Assembly: GCA_002811645.1 (NCBI GenBank)
Contig: PDIP01000105.1
Coordinates: 1-64,000 of the forward strand
Source: Corallochytrium limacisporum Hawaii
Taxonomy: Eukaryota > Protista > Pluriformea
Direction of reading: 5' to 3'
DNA: 64,000 nucleotides
The first letter of the stretch is position 1. Each line of letters begins with the position of its first letter. The translations under genes and the position numbers were made by a program. The notes under the pieces were generated by a model that ran no database searches, was not told the origin of the DNA, and saw only the letters and a list, made by a program, of their open reading frames with translations. Below, piece by piece: positions 1 to 11,530 of the stretch.

Positions 1-14
1 CCTAACCCTAACCC
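1..14 (-). repeat. Telomeric repeat (TTAGGG)n, chromosome end
   Basis: Window begins CCTAACCCTAACCC, the C-rich strand of the canonical TTAGGG telomere; only about 2.3 units are present. Confidence 0.75.
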
Positions 15-2406
15 TTTTCAAACCCCAATTTCCTATTTACATAAACATAGGACCGGGCCATCGCAAAATCCGCCAGGGATACGCGGAGGGAATATAGCGC
101 AACACGAACAGGGGCTTGGCCGTAAGTTGAGGATTCCTGTGCAGGTTCGCAAATTGATCAATAATTACCCAAGCGGCGCCAAGCATTTTGCTGCGGAGAT
201 TTGCTCGCGAGAACAGGTGAAGGGGGAGGAGGAGGGTCGCTAAAAATAGGCCCCCTTGTAGCAATGGAACTGTCCTCCAAATCCCGACTTCAGGTGACGC
301 GACCCCTGCAAAACCAAGGAGGTCCATTGATGTTTTAATGTCGCGCAAATCGCCGTGATCACAGTAGACATAGCGAATCCATAGGGCAAATCACTCTCAC
401 AATCCCAATAAAGCGATGAACAAGCCGCCACCTGTGTGCTTCCTCTGTCTTGTCTTTCTCCAGGGCCGCTAAATATGCTCGGCTAAGCTGAAAGTTCTTC
501 CAGTTGTTTCTTCCGCATCGTACTCTGGTCTCTGCCGTAGATTCCCATTCCCTCTAGAATCTCACAACCCTTTTTCCACGGTCCATGAATCATAGGCCTT
601 CATAATTTCTATTGCCCATTTCTTGTGTTATCGTTCTCTGGATGCATTATGGTCCCTACCATGCAGGAATGAAAATAGCTCCGTCACGCACGTCTTGAAA
701 AATTCGATGACATCTGAGCGACCAAAAGGTGTTAGGAGTGTTACACGACATGGTCCTCGTGGGTCAACTTTCTCAATACTGTGGTCTCAATACTGTGGGG
801 AGAGGCGGTAGTCACTATGATTTCCATTCCGGCAAGTTCACTTCCTTTGAGATCCAATCATGGCCGCCAACAACATTGTACTTTGGAAGGCCTTCCATCC
901 AGTGTTGGTTGCAAAAAACTTGGGATTGTGGACACGTTGTCGAATTCGCACATCTTGTTACGGAAGGGGAGTGGCATTTCCATCGGATCAGAGCAACAAT
1001 ATGGGCACTCACAACAATGGAGTTAAGCGAGCAGGCGTAGAACCTGTGACCGCAAACCTATTCACCCACTATAAAATTCACCGCATCCTAGAGAAACGGT
1101 TCCCCCCACCCTTTACATGTCGCCGCCCTCTCCTCCTCCCTTCATGAACCACCACGACTTGGTTCCTGCATGTCTACTTCTAACCCCTTGGATTGTCATC
1201 AAGCTGGTTGATACATTTTCACCGGAAGTGGGGTCCAGAACGGCCGTTGAGTCCGTGTTAGTCGGCACCAATTCCTTAGATCGCGCAGGTTCGACCGACA
1301 AAGAGGCGAAGCCAATACTTAGATTCTGAGGTACGGAAGTGTGTCTCCGAGAGGGCGCGGTGGTAACATATAACTGATACTTTATTCGGAGGGCAAGGTT
1401 TGTGATATCCTTTGTGATTGAAGAAGGGAAGGTATTGCGACCTTGTTGAATCTCCCTCGCATATCTTGTTTGCGACAAAGAATGCAGATGGTAATAAGCC
1501 AGGAGAAAGGCGTCGTCAGAGAAGGCCGGCCGCCGGTGGGGGCCTCTGCGGCACAGTTTGGAAGTGGCCTGGCCAGCCGCCAGGGATGAAGGCCTTGGGG
1601 GGGAAGGGGGGGGGGGGGGNNNNNNNNNNNNNNNNNNNNNNNNNNNNNNNNNNNNNNNNNNNNNNNNNNNNNNNNNNNNNNNNNNNNNNNNNNNNNNNNN
1701 NNNNNNNNNNNNNNNNNNNNNNNNNNNNNNNNNNNNNNNNNNNNNNNNNNNNNNNNNNNNNNNNNNNNNNNNNNNNNNNNNNNNNNNNNNNNNNNNNNNN
1801 NNNNNNNNNNNNNNNNNNNNNNNNNNNNNNNNNNNNNNNNNNNNNNNNNNNNNNNNNNNNNNNNNNNNNNNNNNNNNNNNNNNNNNNNNNNNNNNNNNNN
1901 NNNNNNNGGGGGGGAATGAAAAGGGGGCGCGGAAGCGAAGTTGCCATTGGATCAGTGTACAATATCCCCACTGCAGCGTTAAAAGACAGGTTTTAAAAGC
2001 TACGCCAGCTTGCTTGCCTTATCGTAAGACATTTTAAAAAACGGCTGGACAGCCCTGTTTGCGGTCGAAACCATGCCCACCAGGCCCTCATTCACCGGAG
2101 AGCTTGGAGAAAGCATCGGGTATGACTGGATAGCATCAGACACTTCCATCTCTGTCTTGGGAGCACAGACGCCTTTGATTGCTCAATCAGTACGTTATGA
2201 AGCAAGGACATCTAACAAGACGTGAGAAACTACGTCACAAACTTGATGAACGAATCTAAAGTTAGCACAATTCTTTGGAAAGACTCGTGGTCTAAGATCA
2301 CGCAGCTGAGGTACTTAAGTCAGATCGTTTGGAACCGACAGAGCCATGATCTCTCAGCTTTGTGTCAAGTTTTGAAAAAGAATTCAAATCAAATTTCTCG
2401 TCCACA

Positions 2407-2676
2407 ATGAAGTCCTCTATCTTTGTCGTTTGTGCCCTGGCCATTGCTGGTGCAATGGGAGCGCCCTCTGAGCAGGACCAGGTTGCTCAGTTCAAGGATG
2501 CAGCAGCTGAGGTCACCGCCAAGGCCAACGCTGACTACAATGCTGCTTACGTCAGAATCTTCGGAGAACAGCCCCAGGGATGCAGCCCAGTTCCCAACTA
2601 CCCTTGCAGCAAAAACTCCGACTGCTGCTTTGGAAACTGCTACGATGCATACCCGGTAGGCGTTTGCAAGTGGTAG
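2407..2676 (+). CDS. Secreted prepro-peptide with C-terminal inhibitor-cystine-knot (knottin) motif, 89 aa
   Basis: ATG at 2407 (ORF track starts at a non-ATG codon upstream). Signal peptide MKSSIFVVCALAIAGAMG, acidic Ala-rich pro-region, then C-x7-C-x5-CC-x3-C-x8-C (GCSPVPNYPCSKNSDCCFGNCYDAYPVGVCKW). Confidence 0.85.
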   Translation: MKSSIFVVCALAIAGAMGAPSEQDQVAQFKDAAAEVTAKANADYNAAYVRIFGEQPQGCSPVPNYPCSKNSDCCFGNCYDAYPVGVCKW

Positions 2677-3198
2677 ATAGAAACATTCCACCCAAATGGG
2701 AATGAACAGCCTAATGCTTTTCTTATCATTGGACCAATTTCAGGTTATTGGACGAGGCATACGTCGTCATTGTCCAGGAACTCAGTAATGAGTTTGAAGC
2801 AAAATCCATTAAATGCATTAAAGTTTCAAAGCTGTTATGTGATCATGTTGCGGGTCACTGGCGAGAGCACACTACTTTGTGCTCATGGTTTGAACAACCC
2901 AAACTAGAGTAGCCACTGTATGTGGCAGGAGTCTAACATCCTAGATGGCTCAGGTCGTTAACTGGACAGACAAGGGAGTGTTAATTTGAGGTACAACCTG
3001 GTTTGCGAGTAATGGTCCATGTGCGAGTTTCACCGGCAGCGGGTTCAAAATCAAAGCAGTCACGGTCATAACGGCCAGAATATTCTCTGGGTCAAAGGAA
3101 GCACTACCAAAGAAATCCTCATCATCCTCAGAATGGCGCTTGCCTGAAGGCGGACATTCTCGAATCGTAGGAGGGAACTGCTCAGCAAGGAACTCATC

Positions 3199-3717
3199 TC
3201 AGATATCGCCGGATATACTGTCCTTGTCATAGAAGTTTACCTTTATCTTGAGGGCCTCGTCCGCAGTCGAGGTCGCTTTGCCTGAGACGGTGGGAGAGAT
3301 CAGCGAGTCCAGGAAGAGATAGCTCCAGTCTGCACAATTTGGCTGCTTCTTTCATGTCCCTCAGTGCGGCTAAGTCGCCCTCTTGATAAGGTCCGAAACC
3401 TCCCCGGAGGGGATGTCTATAAAACCGCCCTGGATCCAGGTCTTAACGCCATCTCTGTCCTTGTTGTAGACCACGTCACCGGCAATGAACACATCGGCTT
3501 GTGTCTGTGCCGTATAGACGGTAACGTTCACGACGGACAGGGGTGGGATATGGATGGTGGAATCCCACGTCTGGGAAATTGTTGTGCTTGTGGTTCCGGA
3601 GCTTGTTGTCGTATAGGCCGCGGCAAAGGTATTGGATAGACCGGCCTTGATCGTGGAGGTACCCTCAACATCAACAATGCCCCCAAATTTTGTGCTAATG
3701 TTGTTGTGCAGAAAGAT
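3199..3717 (-). pseudogene. Disrupted aerolysin/ETX-MTX2-like beta-pore-forming toxin domain (not in ORF track)
   Basis: Stop-free frame 3717-3373 (115 codons, no ATG) reads ...ISTKFGGIVDVEGTSTIKAGLSNTFAAAYTTTSSGTTSTTISQTWDSTIHIPPLSVVNVTVYTAQTQADVFIAGDVVY..., i.e. amphipathic hairpin, Ser/Thr tract and IPP-x-S-x-V-x-V. Three in-frame stops at 3372-3352, then the frame continues ...SPTVSGKATSTADEALKIKVNFYD to a stop at 3201-3199. Confidence 0.6.
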
Positions 3718-4468
3718 CTAGTTAGAATATAATGATAGTGAGCTTGGATGTACATTACAGTAGGACCAGTGCTGATTACATATCAGTGTCCGACTATGGA
3801 ATGATCCAAAGCAGCAATGGGACGGGTAAATAGGTTTCTACTCTTGAACCCCTATCACACTGAAATCAAGACTTCGCGGTAACCAAGCATTTTCAAAAAT
3901 GTCTGTGTTTGGAGGAATAGTACCCGTTCTAGCTGAAGCCGCCGACCGTATCAGCCTTGGGTGCAACTCTGATAGAACGCCATTCCTCACCTCGGCTTGC
4001 CCCCCCCCCAATCCCCCATCCCCCACCAACGGCGGGAACCGATGCCCACAGTTTTTTTCGCCATCATTCCCTTACCCGGTCTGACCCTTGCCCACTTTGG
4101 TAGATCGCTCGGGCAAGCGTGCGGGCTCGGGAGAAGGCAAGGCGCAGAGGGCGGGGAGGGGAAGCGGACCCGGTGCAGGAGCGAGAGAAGAACTGCCCCA
4201 TGATCGATCCCTCTTTACCTATCACCAAAAATATCCGTTCACAGAGCGTAAAAGAAGTTATGGGATGAACAAGAGAAATTCGTGGGTACCACGGGTGCTG
4301 AGCCTTCTTCGGTCGATTCGTCTCCCCACCCCGAGTCGAAGGGGATTAGTGTGGGGTATTCGCTTTGGCTGTACGTTTTCTGGGGAGGACAGAGGGGCGA
4401 CTCCTAGGGAGCCAGCCGTGTACTAATACAGTAGATTATATTACCTTTTTGGTGAATAAACCGTAACA

Positions 4469-5587
4469 TTACTGCTTTGTGAGCTTTCCCAATACTCTAG
4501 AAAAGTGAACGGGTCTGTTTTTCTGGTAAGGGGGCTTATTGTCGCTGTCGATATTCCAGTACATGAAACCCCGAGGTTGGCAACCGATCGCATGGTTCTT
4601 GTAGTAGTCTACCGCTACTCTAGGCCACACAAACATTGAGCGCCCCTCAATACCATTGGAAAGACCAAAAAGGAGTTTGTTTGCGGGGACATGGACATAG
4701 TGGACCTTACTGGCACGTGATCGGGTGCTGTCCAGAAGTAGCCATCCGTCCTGGTATCGGTTACAGTAATCTTGGAACACTTGCCACACGGGGCGCCCAT
4801 CCTGAAAGTCGTAGAATGCTCGGCCGCCAGGCTCGTATAGCTGGACGTCAATGATGTCCCACAAGTCGAGGTCTTCCCAAATCAAGGCCGCGTACGCATT
4901 GTAAGATTTGAAACTGTCGGTATAGATGGGTTCGAAAGGACTCAAATTGGTTGTTCCGGGTACGATACTGTTGAGTCGGCCATCTTTTCTTGCGATTCTA
5001 GAGAAACTTATCATGAGGTTTACTGTTGCTTGTTTGAGATCCCAGTAATTTCCGCCTTCAAGGTCCCAGTCCACTCCATCAAACCGCATGTCAGGATACC
5101 CAGCTTGAGCAAATCCGTCTTTCTCCCAATCCCTGAAAGCGCGGTACCATTCTTGACCAGAGTAATCAGGATTGGGATGTGGAGCAAGCCATCCACCAAT
5201 ACTGACGAAATGTACCGCGTCCGGATTGATAGCTTTACCTTTGTCAATGGTTTGCGCAATGCAAGCCATGTCCATGGGAAACTGCGGATCAGGGTTGAAT
5301 TCAATTTTAAGATCGTCAGAAAACCATAGGGCAAACCAAATGAAAACGTTTACTCCGTCGTCCATTGCAGCCAAAAGCTTCTCGTCTGGACCACCAGGTG
5401 GGCATTCTTGATTGTACGCTGCCACGATGACATCCGGTAATGTCGCTGCCTTTAGAGCCGGGCTTGCTGGAGAATTGTCGGGAACGTACTTGTCATCATC
5501 AACATTTTCTCCGTTGGTATCCTCACGAACAGAAAGTGCCGTGATGCCCAAAGTTAAGGCAAGTAGGGTAAGCAAGAACCTCATCAT
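4469..5587 (-). CDS. Secreted glycoside hydrolase family 18 (chitinase-like)
   Basis: Signal peptide MMRFLLTLLALTLGITA (alternative start at 5623), SIGG motif (FVSIGGW), intact catalytic DxxDxDxE (FDGVDWDLE), VQLYE and GFMYW motifs. Confidence 0.85.
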   Translation of the reverse strand: MMRFLLTLLALTLGITALSVREDTNGENVDDDKYVPDNSPASPALKAATLPDVIVAAYNQECPPGGPDEKLLAAMDDGVNVFIWFALWFSDDLKIEFNPDPQFPMDMACIAQTIDKGKAINPDAVHFVSIGGWLAPHPNPDYSGQEWYRAFRDWEKDGFAQAGYPDMRFDGVDWDLEGGNYWDLKQATVNLMISFSRIARKDGRLNSIVPGTTNLSPFEPIYTDSFKSYNAYAALIWEDLDLWDIIDVQLYEPGGRAFYDFQDGRPVWQVFQDYCNRYQDGWLLLDSTRSRASKVHYVHVPANKLLFGLSNGIEGRSMFVWPRVAVDYYKNHAIGCQPRGFMYWNIDSDNKPPYQKNRPVHFSRVLGKLTKQ

Positions 5588-7044
5588 TCTTGTAATGTTT
5601 TGCTTGGAAAATCTATCGCTCATCTCCTTAAGATCTCGCTGGTCGCAGTTCTTGACCTCAAAAATACCTGGCCAGTCACCACTGCGGTTTTACCATCCCA
5701 ATTTCTGACACATGATCCAGAACTGCAGGACCATAGCCTTCGCATCATTCGAAATCTACTCTGAATTCGCTGGAGGCCATAACCTAATGTAGTCAGCATC
5801 ATCCCTTCCCCCCCCCTTAAACCCGTACACCTTTAGGTCCCAAGCAGAATTTTGACACAGATGAAGATAAACACGTTGATGATCTCCGGCTGTACACTAA
5901 CCGGTTGGCCGCAGGGGAAATACTATCCCTCCGTATTCAAGATCCGAAGGACAAAAACGACAAAGATTTTTTCTCTCACTAAACAGTCCTCAGCCGATCC
6001 TGTGTTTACCAACGCTGAGATGCGAAGGTAACAGTGGTACTCGCATGCAGTATCACCAGAAACCACCCGCCGGTCAAAAGGCTATTGCGATTTAATCACA
6101 GTATTCGACATTTGTCAAATCACACGAACAATGAAATTTTCGAAACCATTAAATGTAAATAATGTGGCACTTGAACGTTTAGCCAGCCGCGCCAGACGTA
6201 GTAGAATGGCTACTAGTCCTGGGAGCCTCTGCAACCGCGACGAAGACCCTGGTTCCCTTGAGGCCAGCACAAACTGGCCAGGACGACTGCGATCGATCAC
6301 CTTCAGGAGAATATTGGGCGGGCAGGACGAGGTTGTAGAAAAATCTTAGCAATTTTTTCTGGCGGTAAGCATGCGACAGCGGTATAAAAAAAATCAAAAC
6401 AGCGACGCACTCTTCAAATCATACACAAATAATCGCATCAAGATAAGTAGTTCGTACTGATGCCCTGCGCAATGTCCCGATGTTGGCGATGAGGCGGGGG
6501 AGGCTCGTAGGTTTTCCCACAAGTTCCCGGTCACCACGCGTAGGCGGAAGAAACCAAGGTACAGTGCCCATACGCACGTCCGTGCGCACACACACACACA
6601 AACACACACACCCCAAGTCTCGCCTCCATAATTGTTAGATTTCCAGAAAACAATTAGGAAATCCTTGCAATCTGTGTCACAAATTTGTGAGCAGAAAACT
6701 GAGGTTATCGTCCTCTACGACTCAATCAAATGCTCGCCCAAGCGAAGAGAATGCGCAGAAGGATACAGCTCTCCTGAAATTCCTTTTTTCTGCAGGCTCA
6801 GGTGAGAACACTGTAGGCATCAGGGATGTGGGGTAGGGGGTTTAGCTAACAATCACTACGGCTCACAGTCACCAGAAATCAAATTAGAACAAAACAGGAA
6901 ACACTAACAAGGCAGTTGAGTAACTCAATATTTCCTATGGGCTCATATAATTCATACTGTACGAGGGCTTTGGTCAACTCGACAGCCCATTTTATTGCCC
7001 AATAGAGATATTGACCAGGAAGAGATCTGGTCCCGTCGGATGAC

Positions 7045-7572
7045 TTACCCAGCCACAGCCGACCAGGCGATGTCATCAGCATCAATCTCTGGGCATGTGC
7101 CGTGTTGGGCGAAGTATTCAGGAGTGCAAACGGACAATTTGACATGCATGTTGTTCTGCTCACCGTTGTCATCGGTTCCCTGCAAAACAATAGAAATGAC
7201 AGTCGCAGCCTTAAAGTTGCTTTTTGGTGGATCGTAGGCTTTGTCATCGATGAAGTTGGGAATACAAATTTGGTAGTCATCGTCCCAGCGGAAGGTCAGA
7301 GAGAACACGGTTCCGTCATCGTATTGTCCAATCGGGGCAATAGTCATAGTGACTTCGTGGGGGCAGCTGACGTCGTTGGCCACCGTTAACCAGGCATAGT
7401 TATCGTTGGGCAGGTCCATGGGGAATTGTTGGGCGGGGAACAAGGAGGTATCATCCACCATGATGCTCCATCCGTGGTCGATGTAATTGCCGATCATAAC
7501 ATAAGACCCCCATCCGCCCGAGGCCGGAGGGACCTGGGCAATGTAAGGGGTGGTAGTAAACTCGTTAGCCAT
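7045..7572 (-). CDS. Hypothetical acidic 175-aa protein, probably beta-rich, no signal peptide
   Basis: Clean ORF with gtcATG context, upstream GGTATTTAAAG motif and downstream AATAAA (~6990); no recognisable family. Confidence 0.7.
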   Translation of the reverse strand: MANEFTTTPYIAQVPPASGGWGSYVMIGNYIDHGWSIMVDDTSLFPAQQFPMDLPNDNYAWLTVANDVSCPHEVTMTIAPIGQYDDGTVFSLTFRWDDDYQICIPNFIDDKAYDPPKSNFKAATVISIVLQGTDDNGEQNNMHVKLSVCTPEYFAQHGTCPEIDADDIAWSAVAG

Positions 7573-7664
7573 GACTATGGATTTTCGTTAATGGTTCCTA
7601 GCTAATCTTAAAGACTTGTTAGTGCCTAACTGCGACTTTCTTTTTTCCTGTGCGGATTGACGAT

Positions 7665-7675
7665 CTTTAAATACC
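7665..7675 (-). promoter_or_regulatory. TATA-like core promoter motif GGTATTTAAAG
   Basis: Identical 11-mer about 92-101 bp upstream of three minus-strand ATGs (7665-7675, 12108-12118, 14487-14497). Confidence 0.55.
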
Positions 7676-10600
7676 CTTCCGCTCTGTGTGTCGTCGTACA
7701 GATTTGAGAGAAGGTCAGGCCTTACAATCAAATTCATCAGAAATACTATCTGCGTTGTAAGGTTCCATCACATTTGGAACTGCACGGAAATGAAGCCTTT
7801 TTGTTGCCTGTTTGGTCGCAATGTCCTAGCCAGTGACCGTATCTCAGCGCATCTGCTCTGCAACATAGTGGAAGATACCAGATGTAACAGGCCCGTGAGT
7901 ATATGTGAAAAGTGTAGTTTGGCATCTAGAATCCACTTCCGACACCTCATGTCTGCGTTACTCAAAGCAGGCACTATTCTATATGAGATCAAGGTCTGGG
8001 AGGCAACGTGCTACAGCCAGGTCGACCCTGTCCAGTCTCTTGACGCATCGATTTTTCCCTTCGCGCATTATTCTACATTTGAATTCCTAAACAATATAAA
8101 TGAACTCGGAGCCCTACACGCATACACACATGCTGCCACTCTCTTGCCGAGAGCCTCAATGCTTTAAGATGCGGTACCATGCCTCACGGCGCCCGAAAAT
8201 GGGGCGTACGGGGGATGAACCCCCTTTCAAATTCTACAAAAAGGACACAACTGAGCGCAGAGCGCCGGACAAGATTGAGAATGGGGGGGTTGACTCCGTA
8301 CAGGACACACCCGAGAATATACTGCCATTAAACAGTAGCCAATATATGGAATATTTTATACATTGAGTCCTGCCGACCACACCTCGCGGACGCGAAACTG
8401 ATGTCCAAAAAATTCCTGGAAAGTATCGGACATACCTACCAGGCGAGGTCCGTTTCCGGCCGCAACCGGGGGTTTACTTCAGTATGGAATGGTGCCGGCC
8501 TGGAAGCCTCAAACAAGCAAAATTTTCTCGCAGCCGAAGTAGAGGGCGGGAATAAGGTACCACTGGTACCTCTACGGATTTCGCGTTTACTGCGAAATCC
8601 CTAAGCAGCCGAATTGTCGACACTGAACGTGTGCACACTCCGATTGCTCCACAGCACAATCAAAGAAGGCACGGATATGAGAGGGCACGAAACCTGGTCA
8701 AGTCCACGAGGGTAGTTAGATTACCGTGCTAAAGATAATGCTCACACTTAGTGAAGTCCCACGGCGACACAGGTACAAGTTGTTCACACCTTCGGGCTCG
8801 TTGAAAAAGCGCTCGGCTACCGAAGTAAGTCATATTGGACCTCACTGGCCCTCGTAGTAGATGTCTTAGTTTAGTAGTCTCTGCAATGTAGCCGCTGTCA
8901 CATACAAACCAGACGTTTCCGCAGCCAATCACATAGTGAACTTAGCTGTGGCTTGTGCCAAGGCGCGGTTTCTGTTTCAGTTGAATCCCGACCCACTGTT
9001 CCAAACCTGGGACAGCACGGAGGGCCCTATACCTCTCCTGGTTCCTTTGGGTGTACACATGGCCATGAAGCTCTCAAGAGTGGAACCTTCCATTTCTTGC
9101 CCAAGTCATCAACAGGAATCGCTGCGACGTTTTAGAAGAAAACGCAGATGATATCGATAATGCCAAAAAGAGTAAAAGCATTCATGCTGTTGAAAAGATG
9201 TGACCCAATGGGTGGCTGATGTTACCCCTTTGTCTTAAATCCCGGATCAGATCTTTGTAAATGACAAGAGACACCTGTTTGTATATCTGTGCCAAAGGAT
9301 TCAGCGTTTCGCGAGGAAGTTCCGTCCAAATCTCCTGATTTGGTTTCTGCCATGTGCCGCACAGCGTTGATTGTGAACAAACCACCCCTTTCCGAATCCT
9401 TCTGCACCAGTTAGTTGTATTGAATTCTTCACTTTATCGGCCTAACAATACTTGGCTTCTGTGTTGTACCCCAGCGCATAAGCTTTGCATGGTGCTGCTC
9501 TGTATTACGCAGAAAATAGGACTGCATCTAGGGCACACTTTGTACCGACATACTCTTTTGCTTCGTACTTGAAGCATCGGGAAACAGGCAATGATGACTT
9601 TGGGGCTCCTTCTTATGCCCATGATCCAGATGGTCATTAAAGAGGGAACCGATACAATGAAGACATACTTTGAAGCTGATATCAATTCTTCGGTTACCAA
9701 AGAGACTGGTCTACCAAGAGTTCAATGTTCGTGTGAACTTGGCCCATATCCAAAGTACTTGAGGCAATTGACCCGATAAGAACGCAATAACATAAGGTAT
9801 CGGATGAATGAATGCAAACAGCATCAACCGATTAAGATGCACGCAATGGGCTTGAAGGCAATGATAGGGACATACTGCAAACCCGCTCCGGCCGGGGTTC
9901 TTGGTTCTTTCCGTTACCATGGCCGTTATCGTGGTTGTTTTATACGAATTCTTTTATGTTGCTGTGTCCACTTATGTTAGTGTGTGCTCAGTTTGAAAGA
10001 TTGTAATTGTGCATCATTTGGGCAACCGTTGCTCACCAAGACACACAGACCCGTAGTGGTGGGGGAAGTACGTGCACAGACCATTTCGAATTCGACTAGA
10101 CAGAGCCAATACTACCTTCTCGCTGTCGAACACTGCGGCAACTTGAGACCTCCACATCGTTCTTACTACTAGTGTTCGGTCGATAGACTTTTCCTTGGAT
10201 TCGCCCGCCGAACTCTACTAATGGAATATAATTTGATCAGCAAGGCTATCGACTTGCGTAGCGCAGAGGAGAGGCCAAAAAAACTTGTCTGTCTGGAGAG
10301 GTGTGAGACTGATGTGCCGCAATTGCCAATTTCCGGGTATTCCAGACCACGCCACAAAGTTGTGGAACCCAATCACGGGGGTATTCTATGCCCCTTTGTG
10401 GAAACCGCGTAGCAGCGAAAGCCTATACTAGCTCTCAAATATCGCGGGAGGGCACTCAGCTGTCAATTTTTCAACTTTGCGGTGTACCACGTAAGCTACA
10501 GTTCATTGCGTGGGGAGGGCCCACCTGAGTACTTCCTATATGTATCCTTACCATAAAAAGAAAGTCATTGCGCTGAAAAAGGAAAGAAGGTCGGTCCAAG

Positions 10601-10890
10601 ATGCAAAGTGCCGTTGTGTGGTGTAACTATCCGATTCCACGATACCTTGCAATGACGTTGGAGAAGGAACTCTACGTCAGTGACGCTGAGCGAGTAGTCT
10701 AAGTGGCACACACCTTCCGCCATTCAAAAAGGCCATCACCACAGCGCGGCACTGTGGACGAGAAGTGACGCAAGATCAGGTATTTTTGTCAGATCCGTTT
10801 CCAAAGATCTGAATCAACAACGCTCATTCTGGCTTGTACTTCATTCCCATTCATGTTTAGCACCGGCAACACACTTGTATAAAATTAACC

Positions 10891-11235
10891 ATGAGCTGTA
10901 CTTGTGATTGTTCTGCTCATTATTCGTTTGTGCAGACACTCCATGTGCCCGGTGAAACATGTACTCCAAGCCTCTGTGTTGCGGCTTGGCCTAAGTACTG
11001 CAGTTTGGATTTTGGAGTTCAGGTCGAATATTCTTCCAACGAACTGTCTACCGGTGCAATTGTTGGTATTTCAATGGCCCTAATTGTCTTTGCTGTCCTA
11101 GTTGCTTTCCTGGCATGGTTGGCTACTTTCTATATCACAACCCGAGTTGCAGTGGCACCCAAGGTAACAGATGCTGACCCGGACGCTATGTCCCAGGAGG
11201 AAATGGGTACCTTAATTCCTGCAATGGCCTCCTAG
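10891..11235 (+). CDS. Small single-pass membrane protein with N-terminal six-Cys module, 114 aa
   Basis: CxCxC-x16-C-x4-C-x7-C followed by the LSTGAIVGISMALIV TM helix; paralogous to 11531-12016. Confidence 0.75.
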   Translation: MSCTCDCSAHYSFVQTLHVPGETCTPSLCVAAWPKYCSLDFGVQVEYSSNELSTGAIVGISMALIVFAVLVAFLAWLATFYITTRVAVAPKVTDADPDAMSQEEMGTLIPAMAS

Positions 11236-11530
11236 TTATTGGCCAGCATGCCACAAATTGCTCCAATTTAACATACTCTTCCATAGGGGGTGGTTCTCAA
11301 CAAGAAAGTATGTCGATCGCCATGGAGCAAGAGTAATAGAGCTATTCCGAAATCAGGCCAAAGATGCGGCCGCCCCCTAGCAAGCTGATGACGTGCACAT
11401 GAGATGGCAGAAATGACACCCGACACACTATCATGGGCCTTACCAATGTTTATTATTGACGAATACTAATTTGAATAGACAAATGTAATGCTTCAGTGGA
11501 ACTTATCATGGTCGCCACTGACGTACCGAA

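Noticed and set aside
15-1500. Short ORFs next to the telomere as a retroelement or helicase remnant
   Set aside because: No RT, integrase, transposase or helicase motif recognised in the frames examined.
1418-2037. ORFs spanning N-gaps (also ~33.7-34.6, 39.0-39.9, 44.0-44.8 and 61.9-62.4 kb)
   Set aside because: Artefacts of undetermined bases.
3352-3372. Stop-codon reassignment to explain in-frame stops in the toxin-like frame
   Set aside because: Intact genes in the window end in TAA, TAG and (spliced BET) TGA, and none needs readthrough.
7700-10400. Decayed coding-like sequence (also 19.4-22.1 kb)
   Set aside because: Only short, stop-riddled frames with no recognisable family; cannot support a pseudogene call.
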